A DNA stretch of 64,000 nt, taken from Takakia lepidozioides (lineage: Eukaryota > Plantae > Bryophyta). Position numbers and translations under genes: made by a program. Location of the stretch: the NCBI GenBank assembly GCA_030704615.1, contig CM060734.1, positions 12,896,001-12,960,000 of the forward strand. Reading direction: 5' to 3'. Positions 16,123 to 29,547 of the stretch are shown here, one piece after another. The notes under the pieces are model-generated. The model saw nothing but the letters and a program-made list of their open reading frames with translations. It was not told the DNA's origin and ran no database searches. The stretch's first letter is position 1. Every line of letters begins with the position of its first letter.

Positions 16123-16654
16123 TTTTTCTCTATATTGAGTATGATGAGTAGTAGATTTGGATTTGGATTTGGATTTGGGATATATCTACATAATTTTTTG
16201 TAGTTGTTTTCGCAATAATGACATATTCTAGACTTGAGAAGCCGTCACGAATGATGATTCCCTTCCCAAACGACTTGTATTCAGGGGCTGAGTTCGAAGA
16301 CGCCTCCCTATGCCCCATCCGATTCCAACTTGATTTTCTGCACTAGACGAGAATGATCTATTCTCGGAATGGTCGAATAGATCATCAGAATTGATACTGG
16401 AACGTGTGGTTGACGAAGTTGAAGATCTTGAACCATTCACATCTTGAACCAGTCCGATCTTGAACCATTTTGATTTTGAACCATTCTGACGAATGTTTGC
16501 TTTCTCTTTGAGAACCAGAGTCCTCAACTCATACTCGTAGGTCACTGAAAAATATCGAAGCCCACAAACAAAATAAAAAAAACGACCGGCTAATTGAGAA
16601 ACTAAAATAAAGAACAATACATACCTAAAAAAAGTGCATGTTACCATTCAGTAT

Positions 16655-17428
16655 TTATTTAACTTTGACATGAATGGCGAAGTACATACCAAGATAATCA
16701 GGCTGACTTGTCCACGAATGGAAAACAGAAGAATCCAAATATCGCCCATACCAAGACCATAGTGGGTGATTCCGATCTATCGTTGCGCGAGATGCTTTTG
16801 CAATGCTCTCACTCACATACTCAACAACACTGGATACTCCTATCATGTTTGAGATGAATGGCCACACTGCATCATTTATATTAGACAGCTTATTTTTTTA
16901 CCCATTAAAAATAAGAGGGAAATATCCAGTATTTGCAGGGTTTCCGAGTGATTTTGATGGTTCATCAACCACAAGAAGGATTTTCCCTTCCCTCGCAAAC
17001 GTTTTTCCAGGAAAACTAGCAAGAACGGTTTGAATATCCTTAATGAGATATCTCATCCCAGGCCTAATGTAGCCGGCTGTCGCATTGCAATGCTCATTGG
17101 ACCAAACAAAACAGAAGAGCTTCATCATATCAATGGGCACAAAACATTGTAGCATCTTAAGAACAATGTCTGTTTCAGAGCAAGACCAAATGGCGACATA
17201 AAAGTTTTCAAAAAGACGCCTCAGGAACTCCACCACTCCAGGCTGAGGAATGACAAAAGGAGTATCGGGGACCTTAATGGTCACATTTCTCCCTGAAAAT
17301 CTGTTTTTGAATATCTCTCTTCCGGTCGGAGGTGGTCGATAGCAAATGAGACCATTAACACTCAATATTATGAGCTTCATCCGCCTCTTTGGAGTAGAGG
17401 CATCCCTGTCCGAAGAAGCATAATTCTC
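16655..17428 (-). pseudogene. FCP1/NIF-family HAD phosphatase-like domain, copy 1
   Basis: KLIILSVNGLIC...PQPGVVEFLRRLFENFYVAIWSCS...FVWSNEHC...IKDI...LLVVDEPSKSLGNPANTGYFP. One in-frame stop at 16898-16900; the nucleophile Asp is replaced by Ser. Confidence 0.8.
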
Positions 17429-18989
17429 CTGAAATCAATGTAATTGAGATTAGTGCAGATAAAACACCTATGCAACCTCGACATTTATGTCGAGGTAAAT
17501 GCTTCCTTGAGATTCACTGAAGACAACTTGAATATCTCCACGACACTACAGAGTCTTTATGAGGATATACCTAATGGATAAATGAATCACAATGCTTCAG
17601 ACAAACATTAAAGAAAGATATGCAGTTACTACACCTTCTGAATCCCTCTTGATTGAGATTCTGCAGAACAAATTCTATACACTTACACAACGTGAACATA
17701 AACTAAATCCATGACGATGATGGTGTCATCTGGTCGTGGGAAGAAAATTCAAATATCATAAATTCCTTTTGTCCAACTGAAGAGAATGAATCTACAATCG
17801 TTAATCATCAGCGGACCAAATGAAAGCATCGTCCACATGGTCAATTGAATATACATTGATATGCAGATATATTACAAGAATCAATCGGTTACCTTCTGCA
17901 ACCCTCTTGACTGAAATTTTGTAGAACAAGTGTGGGAGTCGGTTGAGTTCTAAAGGGATAGTAAAACATCTGACGCAATCTTCACGTCTGAGCAAACCAT
18001 AAGCCTCTTACAAGTGGATGGAGATTTCTTCGAACACTCCGAAGTTTTCAGGCCAGGCGCGCGACATAAATCATCCACTTGTTTTTTCCTTTCAAAGATT
18101 TGGAGGTTGAGTGCACGAGGGGATGATATGAGGTCATTTGGAGATACATCCGGACTTGATATCTTCATATCCTGAATTGAACGTCAAATACTGAGATTAC
18201 GTTGGATTATAATGTAGGAGAAGACGTCGTTTCACTCCACCCAATCTTACCTGGGGTAAAACAAGATCATCAGAAAAAAGAAAAGACTGAATGAGGAAGA
18301 CAAAACAAAAAAAGTATAGGCAATAATTCACCTTGTTCCTCCTCAAGTGTCCATGTGTCCATCCATGATGTTGTGGGGTAAACGTTGGGATTTTCCTCCA
18401 GGGCAAGTCGTCCACTTGCTGTACTTTGTCAATACCTGAATGAGTTGTAATTGGACTGACGTTGTGTTCAATTGATTGATGATATCGCCCATCATCAGGC
18501 TTGTTAACCTCTTCAAGACAACGTTCCACCACAGCAAGAGAGATCTCTAATGGTTGACTGTCACTCTGTTGAGTGATAACCTTGTTTTCGCTCAAATCCT
18601 CCAACTGAGATCTAATAGACTCAAGTCTTGTGGAAACTCCATTGTCACATTCAATAACACGGTGTTCTTGCACATTTTGTACAGACTTTGAAACCTGTAA
18701 TAGACAGGACATGATCAAATGAGACTCAACCTCGATACATCCTCGACATTACTGTCGAAGTTAGTAGAAAGTACACTTAGTGGACAACACAGGTTCTATG
18801 ATGAAGCAACGCCATCAAACGATAAAACACTTAAAAGTTTTTAGCTACTTAAGTATCTAAGCATTCATACGGAACAACAACTATGTAAGCCTGCAAAACA
18901 TGCTAGATTGAACGTTTACTCAAAATTTGCATAAAGTGAATATGTACATTTATTTTACATGGGGTTCTAGAACCCCAAATTGTATATCC

Positions 18990-19680
18990 AATCATTCACA
19001 AATAAGATAATCGTTGCGAGAGCTCTTTAGAAAAGATCTAAGACTGTCATATTTAGGGTCAGAAAGGCTCTCGGGTCCAACCCCAATCCGGTTCTTAACA
19101 ACATAGTCTGGGACACATAATGGACTCTCCATCATCCCATCAAGAAACTTTTAAAGCACCAACAAGTAGCTGTTGTCGGTCTCAATTGACTCAAATGTCT
19201 TCAAGAATAAGCATGACCCTACAGGATTGAGTAGACATTTCAGAGGAGTATCATCAATCATCGAACTTTCCTCTCGTCTTCACCCATAGTCTCACAAGTG
19301 GCTTCAGAAACACGTTCGGGGAGTTTTTTAATCTATCGTTATAGTTTGGATGGACTTTGCTAGGACATGAAAGGCAATCTCTCCTGCGACATAATGAAGT
19401 CTAGTTGTGGTAATCCCTCCAACATGATATCAAGGACGGGTTTGAGGTTCCTTAGCTCCATGCAGCTCCAAATAACTAGGTGGAATCGCTCATGTAAATG
19501 CTTCCACACCTCTCGATATTTCTCCCGCCTAAAAATTTGCCTTCTAATGACCACAATAGGAACGTTGAAGTCGTTCTCGGAGTATTTAGGCACATGATTA
19601 TTAGATCATTGAGACCGGATGATTTTGCAGAGAACACCGTTCAGATCAAATATAATCAGACGAGATTTACCACTATCCAT
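18990..19680 (-). pseudogene. FCP1/NIF-family HAD phosphatase-like domain, copy 2
   Basis: ATG at 19680: MDSGKSRLIIFDLNGVLCK...HERFHLVIWSCMELRNL...FIMSQE...IDDTPLKCLLNPVGSCLFLKTF. Contains stops and frameshifts. Confidence 0.82.
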
Positions 19681-20169
19681 AGATAAAGACGTAGGTGGTG
19701 GTCGAATCTGTGGATGAATAGAAGAACAGAGTAAGGGATTGATTCAGCAGAAAATAAGGTGTCAGTCGAACATATAAAACTTCACCTCGACACTAATGTC
19801 GAGGTAATCTACCATCCGCGATAAAACCCGGAGTTGCATCCCAACAGTAAAAACAAAGGATATCACTGAAAAATGTGTTCATACGTGCGTTCGCAATCCT
19901 AGCACTTACTCCCTGTGGCTACATGGCCATACTTACCATGTTAACCACATATTCCATAACATTTGCCTTAACATAACATAACATTTGTCATAATATAAAG
20001 CATTTGCCAGTGTTTCAAATAAAGTCTTGTCGTTCCAATTGTGCACACGCACCCTTTCAATAAATCCTAGAATTCAATGGGTTAAGTTGTAAAAAAAGCT
20101 ATAGAGTGCAACCTGATTAGAAAACTCAAAACAAAGCAAGGAATATTGATTATAAATATAAGAATAAAG

Positions 20170-23100
20170 TCATACCTGCTTGTGAGCCTTTTGTGTTGTT
20201 TGTTGGGGACTCGTCACTTCTCCGATGGAATTGGTCGGTAACCTCGCCATTGAGGTCGATGTTCCCACAAAAGCTGTTGTTAGAGCAGCGTTCTTCACAG
20301 TCACATCTACTAGTCTGTTTGAAGCGTTGTTCTTCGAAGTGAGAAGTCTTAACGTTTTGGATTTTGTCATCTGCATCTCAACTCATGGGATTTGAATTAT
20401 GCTCTATTTAACAACAATTCGAAGACTCAAGTTTCTTGCTATAAAAATGACATGCGAATATCTTAAAACAATGGGAAAATCTCAGAACCATTTACACAAC
20501 CAGCTCTGTATCAGATATCACGTACATTTTTGTGGTCCAATTTGGTTTTCATCCTCCGCTCTCTGCTATGCCCCGCTATTGGGGATACTATGCCGATTGG
20601 AAACTCACCAGCAGCCGGCGTGAATGTGTCAGGCTCAGAATCATCAGCAATAGTGATTGATTCTGTCTCTATAGCTTGCTTATTTTGTACTTCCAGATTA
20701 TTGCTTCCAACACCAACATCTCTGAGACTCTCCACAATCGGACTCTCCAAAAGCACAGTCTCCACAACCCTATCCAAGTCCTCCATATTGGTCTCGTCAT
20801 TGAGCCACGTGCCCTCATTACCCTCATTATTACCCTCATCAGCCTCGTGAACTGCCTGCTCAACATGGTCATCTTTTTTTATTTCCTCACTCGTTGTTGT
20901 CAGGACCACCAGCTGATCCAACTGCTCCAACTGTTTCAAGCTTTTCAGCCCTCTGCTGTTCAACGTCATCATCATCCTCCTCCGGATCCTTGTCCTCAGT
21001 GGACTTGTCCGAGCTCCCACCACTCTCTTGACCATCAATATCATCTTCTGCTTCATCATCAACATGTGGTTCTTCCTCAATCTCCTCTTTGTCCGCAGCA
21101 TCCACTTCGTCCTCAGTGTCCTCACCCTCATCAGAGACCTCCGCAACCTTGTTTGTGTCAGAGGCACCGTCATGTTTTTCGGCATCTCATTCTTCCTGAA
21201 ACTTTATTCCTTTCTCCACTTCGAGGACCTTGAATGTTGTCTCCATCTTATCATTGCAATGTTCAACATGACTCTTCAGGTTTACATCCACAACACGAAC
21301 TCCGTGTGCCTACAAAAAGAACTGATCACTGTTATTTCCAAGTCAACAAAAATTCAAATGACGAAATCAATATAATAGTAGTGGCAGTTGACGTCGACGT
21401 TTGAGTCGTAACAACGAGGAGGTGATTATCCTTAGCTCACCTGAAGATGGTAGTTGAGCATAGGACCACCAAATATATTGAAGGTTGACATCCCCTCCTG
21501 ACAGAACTGACCGACGAGGATTTCATAAACCTAACTCCGTAGCTCGTGCTTGTACACTCTTAGCTCCATTTCTCTGTCACTGAGCTCAATTTATGTGCCA
21601 TGCAGCACGGGTTCCAAGGGCTTCTTGAAAAGAGTTGTCAGGACGTGTGCGTCTGGGGTCTTGAGCTGGTTCTCTATTGCAGGAAAGACATAGTTGAGGC
21701 ATAACGCAGGGTGTGCGGAAGCAGCAGAGGTGGTTGCGTATTTGCGCTCCTCTGATCCAGGGAGGTAGACTCCCTGAATAAGAATGTACTTCGTGGAACC
21801 CCCACCGTACCGCACGTAAGAATAAGATTTGATGATGAAGCTTGGGTTGAGAAGAACACGAATACGTTTGAAAAGACATTGCGCTTCCTAAAGGCAGACA
21901 GTATGGTGATGTAGTCCTTCCTCTCAAACACAAGATCCTCTTTGTCTCCAATTGTGTTCACAAAGACCATACCAATGTTTTGAAATTTATTCCTTCTGAA
22001 AAATGAAAGACGGCTAGCAGCGTTCGAGAACCTCCTCTTTGCACCCAGCATGACATAGTGGTCCTTGAATGACCGTGTCAAGTCGTCGTTGTAGGTCGCA
22101 TCTCCTCAATTTTCTTCTTCCAAGATAGTACATAGCTCCTGAATGGCTCCGGGATCGAGGGTGTCACCTTGTTCATATTGGCCTTGTCTGCCAGATATTC
22201 CGACGTTGTTTTGGACTGCATGGCCTTAAAAACTGTCTTAGTGATTTTGAGGTCATGTTTCACCTTTGTCCATTCCTCCTTCGTGTACGGTTCTGGATTG
22301 CTTTTGGACCGCTCTGCTCCTCCGAGTACCACCATGATGTCATCAACCACAAACCTTCGTGTTTTCATGTAATCAATGTAGTCGTTCATGCTCCTCAAGG
22401 TTTGATCCTTACCCTTATCTGGATTTCTAATGCTCACCCTCAAGTCCAGGATCCTATGTGCCACCTTCTTGATCTGTCGCTGGTTAAGCCCTTGAATCTT
22501 TTGGATAGCCGACTTGGTCAATGGAACCTCCTGAGAGTTGCATACAATCCCCATAGCATCAATGAGCTCCCCCTTGTCCCACTTTCAAAACACAGTCTCC
22601 CACAACTCCCAAACGTCCTCATCAGCATGGACCAATGCCAACGCTTCTTTCGAGGAGTTCTTCTCCAGTATAACCAGTGCCGCTTGCATAAACTCCTGGG
22701 ATGAAGAGCACAATTATTTTCAGACCCAACAAATTATCAGTGAGGGAATTCCAAAACCCCTATCTAGATACTCGTATGTACATAAATGAAGAAAATGACT
22801 ATTAGAATAATGTTTACCTTCCACAAGCCAGTCTCGTTCTTTTTTGCATTATCATTGTATTTCGACGGCTTCCCAATTGATGCATAAAAGCTTCTCAGGT
22901 GACCCAATTTCTCGCTAAAAGTCGTGTCAAACTTTTGTGCTTTGTTCGGATCATTTAGAAGCTTGGAGAGCTTCACCAGTTGCAAGTGCTCTTTTGACCA
23001 CACAATCCTGGCCGGCCATTCTCCAAAGTAGTTTACGAGCTGCTCGTCTGTATCCAAATCCTCAACAAGTTCCTACAGACACAATTCCATGTTGTAAGGA

Positions 23101-24274
23101 TTTAATTCATTCGACGTCGACATTGATGTCGACGTTCAATTGACTCGACGGTATCCTACTCCAATCTAATAGACGTCCATAGCATATAACGTCGACATGA
23201 ATGTCGAGGTTCTAGACCAATTGAAAATCTACTTGTTGAATTCTAGAGTCGAGAGACATAGATCTGGTTAGCGAGTACCTTGGCAGCCACGATCGTGTGT
23301 TGCCCTCCGATAATGAAAATTTCGTCGAAGCATCGTCGATCTCCGCTTATCTCGTTGGTATCTTCTCACATACATTGTCCTCATTCTCTGGATCAATTGG
23401 AGTGAGGTATACCGGATGTTGGGCATCCAGATGTCGGAGCTGCAGGAGTCTGGTTTTAACCTCATCTTTGTGCTTGAGGTTCAAGGGTCGGTAAACCATA
23501 TATTTAGGAGCAAGATTCATTCGCGATATCGGTATTTTGAAAGTTCTACTAAAACCGAATGGAAACATGTCTCCGTAGTATTCTACTAGATTTTTTGCCA
23601 GTTCTATTGACTTATCCTTGTCGTAAATGTCGGTTGTCTTGGGTCTCTTTACGTCGGGAGCAAGGGCTGGATCAATGGATTTCTTTGGTTTCCGCTTCTT
23701 TCAGGATGATCCAACACCTTCCTGATCATGTTCTGTTACTGATGACCCTGCCGTAGACTTACGTCTTCGTCTTGCTGGTGTTTCCGTTCTTTGTTCCATG
23801 TTTTCATTACCGGCTGCGAACAATACATCCTGAAAATGGCCCAAGGAGCGGATAAATGTTTTGGTATCCTGACCGATGTTGCTGTCTTCATTGAACTTGA
23901 ATCTTTTTTTGATTGATTGTTTCATGAGGTTCTTGCGGACAAAATTTCCAGATGCTACGTACCCGAATGTTTTTGGAACCCTTCCATCCTCAGCAACAAA
24001 GATCACCAGCATTGGAGACTGCATGTTCGTCTGGGTTTCCACTTCCTTCACGTATGCGTACTTGTGCTCTGTAACATTGCTTCCCGTCTTGTACTGAAAC
24101 CAGAGCTTGTGATCTGGAGGTTTCCCAGCGACTTCAATGCCTCATTCTTTTATGCTGCTATTCAATTTGTATATAGCTACATGCTCGGTCTTGTATCCCG
24201 GGGATCTGACAGATAAGAAATCCCCACAAATGTCTGCAGACATTCCGGGTTGGCAGTCTTCGGGGGCCTGAGAA
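20170..24274 (-). pseudogene. Multi-exon gene: ParB/Srx-like N-terminal domain + degenerate amino-methyltransferase-like domain + acidic tail
   Basis: FKIPISRMNLAPKYMVYRPLN...VYLTPID...FIIGGQHTIVAAK (ParB-like GxH motif, about 23280-23320); downstream GMVFVNTIG and ELRS*VYEILVGQFCQEGMSTFNIFGG (motif X/I-like, about 21440-21550); D/E-rich tail at 20500-21180; GT-AG introns. Confidence 0.55.
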
Positions 24275-24524
24275 CTGCAAAAGCCAGATGTCCAATATTT
24301 GATTAGGAAAACACCTCGACATTAATGTCGACGTCAGAAAATGTTTACGACGTGACCATGATATTTAATCACACTATCTTTTTCACATATAATGAATGAC
24401 AAACCAAATCCCACAAGGTTTGTAAACTCAAACACATTGAAAAATCTTTGTAAATATCCATTTTTTATTCACATCAGAGAGCAACTGAGATTTACAACAC
24501 ATTCCTCAACAATGAGACAACATT

Positions 24525-25011
24525 ACTCAAATGTCCAGAGACCAGTGTCTTCATCACAATAGATTCCGCCTAACCAAACAGGTTCCAAAAGATGACTCCT
24601 CTTTTGATCTTGACCTTGAGTTCCCGACAGCCCAAGAATCTCGGCACAGACATTGTCCATGGGTAGTTCATATTCTTTGGGGTATGACGTGCGTGGAACA
24701 TAAGTCTCTGGACTGTATGTTTCTGGACTTTATGTTTTTGGAACATAGGTAAGGTAGAATAACATGTATTCATATGGCCGTTGGCTATCTCGTTTAGAGG
24801 AACGAATGTACTATGGTGAGGTTGGCATATATTCAAGGGAGGACGGACAATATCCAGACGAGTCTGCTGCCTCTGAACCGGATGATGAGTAGGCTATTTC
24901 AGGTGGTTCAATGAAGTCCGGAAGCTCGTATTCGGGAGTTCCGGAAATTGGGTAGAAGCTCAATGAGTATTCGGTCGTTTCATCCTTTCTAGAGTAATCA
25001 CTCCTACACAA
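24525..25011 (-). pseudogene. Small Tyr-Ser-Pro-rich ORF of unknown function
   Basis: One reading frame with two stops: ...GYCPSSLEYMPTSP*YIRSSKR...TYVPKT*SPETYSPETYVPRTSYP... Confidence 0.4.
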
Positions 25012-26529
25012 CCACCTACGAACTGCCTCAGTTCACTCAAACACAAAATTAATTTGGTCCTACCTCTCTAAAAACATTGTTCCAAATTCTCGACGTCGAC
25101 ATAAATGTCAACGTCCATTCGGAGGAGACTAAGGAGTACTATTTTTTGGAACATTTCTTCTACTACCTATGTCGAATTCAATATGATCCTAAGCAAGGGA
25201 CAGAAGATTTTACATCAGGTCTAATGAACGTCGCCGCAAATGTCGAGGTTCCAGATAAATATGTCAAGAAATAGTGGGACATTTCGCCACGAAGACGCTA
25301 ATGTAAAAACCTCACCCAACCTAGCCTGCCGCATCTTACCTCAGTACAAGAATCCAAATTGACGTCAGTGAAACTCAATCTCATGAAAACCGAACCTAAC
25401 CCAACCTCTTTGAACCGCATTTCCCAACCTAACCTGACCTCATTAATCTCCACAACGTCGACACTCATGTCGAATGTTCCTGACATTAGCTTTTCATGAT
25501 TACGTGAACCAGGAAGTTGTTTGCTATATTTCTAGACTTTCTAGATATTAATGTCGTTCTACGACTCACTATCGATCGTGTACGCATATGGTCTTATGAT
25601 TTGTTGTCTTATATTTGGGAATTTGGAATGGTTACAAGTAGTGTTTCCATGGTACAAGTAGCGTTCAATTCATTTCCTATGCATTGTTTATGCATGTGCA
25701 GTGCATTACATTAGCAATTGAACTGCAACTGGATGTCATGTCGAAGTGCTTCGGTGTGTCTTCGAGGCTTCCAAATAAATGCTTCAAATGCCCTCTATCC
25801 ACTGATTGACCCTTCCACAAATACATCTATTAGTTTGAAAGGTATAAAAAGAGATCTAATAAGGACAATGGAAAACAAGGTAACCAATATGGTGGTAATG
25901 ACAAGAACTTCTGGTTGGCCCTAGTCTACTGTACCAAAGCCATTAGAAGACCTGAAAATAACTCGGGGCGGGAAGCCCGAACAACAAATAGAAGCTCACA
26001 GGGAAACGAAGATTGCAATTGCCGCAACCTGAAGATAATAAATTCCTTATCTAATTTAATCCCCTTGCCTCTCTCCCCTCTCCCTCCTTCTCTATCTCTT
26101 AGGACGGGAAGCCCGAACAGCAAATAGAAGCTAAGAGGAAAGGAGATGCAATTGTCATTTTGTTGGCAACTTTAAGACAATATTCAGTTTTCAATGCCTT
26201 ACCATCTCTCCCCTCTCTCTCTCCTTCTCTCTCTCTCTTAGGGCAAGAAACCCCAACAGCAAACACAAGGTGAAAGGAAAGTGAGATTGAAAATGAACCT
26301 AAAACATGCTCATTGCTCTCTCTCTCATCTTCCTCATTCTCTCTTAGGCCAGGAAACCTACCTGTGAAGTGATGCCCCACTCCTCCCCTATGCACCAGCC
26401 CGCCACTCCAACACTCCGCAGCTCCACTGCTCCAAGCTTTGTCCCTCTCTCTTGCAACCTCTCGGCTTGCAGCAGCTTCAACGTCCCTGCTCGCAGCAAA
26501 GGTGGTGGTTGAAGAGTTAGGGCAAACCC

Positions 26530-28400
26530 CCTTTGTTGGATCTGGCTAGATCCAACGGCATCAGCTAAATGAAAGACAAAATAAACAATGTCGACTGCTG
26601 GATCCAACAGCTTTCACAAAGCCCTGAAAAAAGAAACCCCCAAAAAAAAAAAAAACACCAGCGCGATGGCACGTGGCCATGTGGCGACGCGCCGAGCATG
26701 GGTCGGCGGGCGCCGCCACCCAATCAAAAAATTAAAATTAAAAAAAGAAAAAAAGAAAAAAGAAAAAACTTTCGCGTCTGGCCACATGCGGTCGCGCCGA
26801 GCGTGCGTCGGCGCCGCCACCAATAAAAATAAAAATAAAAGTAAAAACTGCCGCGCCTGGACACGTGGCGAGCGTGCGTCCCCAGCGCCGTCAAAGGCCA
26901 CCGCCACCCAAAAATAAAAACCAACGTCCATTGGTTTGTCGCACCTAGCCACGTGGCGACGCGCCGGCATGCGGCCTGGTGTGGGTCCACGAGGCCTGGC
27001 AAAGTCAGCGGGATCAGCCACCAAAAAAAAAATTAAAACAAAACAACAAAACCCAACGTCCGTTGGATCTCCCCGATCCAACGGCGGGGGTCTCTAAGAG
27101 ACCTAGCCCGAGCCGCCACCCCTGCGGTGACATTTAGGTGAGATCTCTACACCGTTGGATCTTCGAAATCCGATGGCTTTGGAAAACCCAAGCAGAAATG
27201 TAAAGTATATTAAAATATAAAATAAAACATTATTATAAATTCCAATAATACCTGAACGGACGGACGCTAGATCTTTGCGATCCAACGGCCTCCAGCCCAG
27301 GAGAAAAAAAACCCCAATATAAAACAAAACAAAATATAAAAAATAATAGACATTAGATTTCGATAACAAAAAATAAAAAAACAACTTGGCGCACTTCAAC
27401 ATTTGAATTGCTCCTTATTACTTTGTGTTCAATATATATACTATGAACGATGGATATACTTTAAAATCTCAAGTGTAGTCTGTTTGTATGATTGACAAAT
27501 CTGGGTCAAAAGGTTACAGGTTCGATCCCTGCGCCTTTTGTTTGCTTTGCCTTGTAGGACTAGATTTATAATTACTCTCATGCAGGTAATTTCGCGTTGT
27601 TTTGCACTTTCAAGTATAATAAAAAAATAGAAAGTAAATAATATCTAACTAGAAAATAAAATATAAAAATAGGGTAAAAATTAGCAGTAGGTCCTCCCAT
27701 CCGTTGGATCTCTGTGATCCAATGGTTTCCCAGCCTCCGAAAAAAAAGCCAAAAAAAAAAAAATCAGCTGCTGAGGGTTCCGTCGAACCTCGGTGCACAC
27801 GCCGAGGTCTTAACTATTGAGGTTCGACGTACACGTCGAGGTCTTAATTATTGAGCCCGCCACAAAAAATAACCCCAGCCGCCACTGAGGTGCACATTCA
27901 GGTAAAATAAAAGGTCGATAATAGATGATAACTAAGTGGAAAATAAACAAATAGTACATATGGAATTAAAAAGAAATAAATGGTCCTCCCATCCGTTCGA
28001 TCCAACGGCTCTCTGCTTCCCAAAAAAAAATTTAAAAAACAAAATAATAATTAGTTGCGGATGGTGACGTCGAACTTCGGCGCACACGTCGAGGTCTTTG
28101 CAATCAAATGACTTTCGCCCGACCCAAAAACAAAAGCCCAAAAAGAAAAATAAACGTGTTTGACCTAACCCTCCATGGTTGAGAGTTGGGTCAAATGACG
28201 CTCTCTCACAAAATAAAGGTAGGGTTTATGGCGGCGCCTGGGGGTTAGATCAAACATCACCGCCGTTGGATCGCGATCGAGATCTTGACGATCTTGAGAT
28301 TGAGATCTTGACGAGATCTTGACGATCGAACGGACGGTGTGCGGCTTAACTCCCCGATGCGCCGTATGTTATCCGTTGGATCGTCAAGATCGTTCGACGC
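26530..28400. repeat. Array of CCGTTGGATC-N(3-7)-GATCCAACGG hairpins in the divergent intergenic region
   Basis: Copies, some degenerate, near 26533, 27060, 27152, 27266, 27701, 27993, 28263 and 28374, interspersed with GC-rich blocks and A-tracts. Confidence 0.75.
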
Positions 28401-29547
28401 GTCGCGGGCTGTCTACGTCCGTTAGATTTGTGGTAGTGCTAATCAACAGTTGGAGCGCTTGATCCCTGTGGTGCATTCTCAATCATTTGCATTGGCGCAT
28501 TAACAGCGCCCTAACCACCGCCAGATCTGCTAGGAGTCCATATCCACGGCGGGAAGACTCCATCATTGTGCTCGTTTACGCACCTATGTGAGTGTACCAC
28601 GTACACCACACGCTTGGGGGCAGAGGTACATATATAATCTGTCATTCTGCACTCCTGCGTCTTTTCTTTCTCTCCTGAGTCTGTCCTCCTCAGTCTGTCC
28701 TCCTCAGTCTGTCATGTTTCATGTACCTTTGCATCATCTTTTGTACCTTTGCATCAGCCAATATTCTTATGAATATTTGCCTTAAGCTTTAGGGTTTACC
28801 AAAGCATCTGTTGTGTAGACACGAGTTCATCGTCACGTTATGTTCAAACACATGAGTGTTTGTTTTAGGTTTTAGAGACTTCAAGGTTTGCTTCATTTTT
28901 ATATTTTTTCCACCGTTACATACCTTAGTCTCCCTACCTTTTTACAGTCATCTTTATTTAACTATCATCCATGTCTCATCCAACTGAATGATTATTCATC
29001 TATTTTTTATTCATCTATAGTAACGTCGACATTAGTGTCAACGTCTGGCGGATTGCTGCTTCTTCAATTTTTTAAATACAAACTAAAGTTTCATCACTTG
29101 ATCTTCATTATGTCTCACATCACATCAAATATCTGAGAGTACCTACTAGTGCATCTGCATATGGGAGCATGTCTTCTTCCTCACTTGGTTTTTTTTCTAG
29201 GTCTTCATTAATATATTCATCTTATTTATTCCATGTCTCTTTTTTAGGATATCCAGTTACAACCGTTATTTTTTTCTATCTATCTCTATCCGTCAAGACT
29301 AGAGAACGTCGACATTCATGTTGACGTTTTATTCTTTATATCATTTCTTATTTTTCTTGGTCTTCATCGACATATCCACATGATATACTCTAATTCTCTT
29401 AACATCTCTTCATCCGTCGGAGTCTTCTTTCTCTCTATCTCCTAATTATGATATTTAGCTACAGTCCTTCTACTTTTCCTATTTATCTCTATCTGTAGAG
29501 ACTAAGGAACGTCGAACATTCATTTCGACGTTCTGTCCTTTCTCGAA

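Noticed and set aside
16228-25011. Cargo genes assigned to the Helitron because they share its strand
   Set aside because: The dispersed TCGAC palindrome links them to the Sola-like transposase side and was not seen in the Helitron. This is not fully excluded without other copies.
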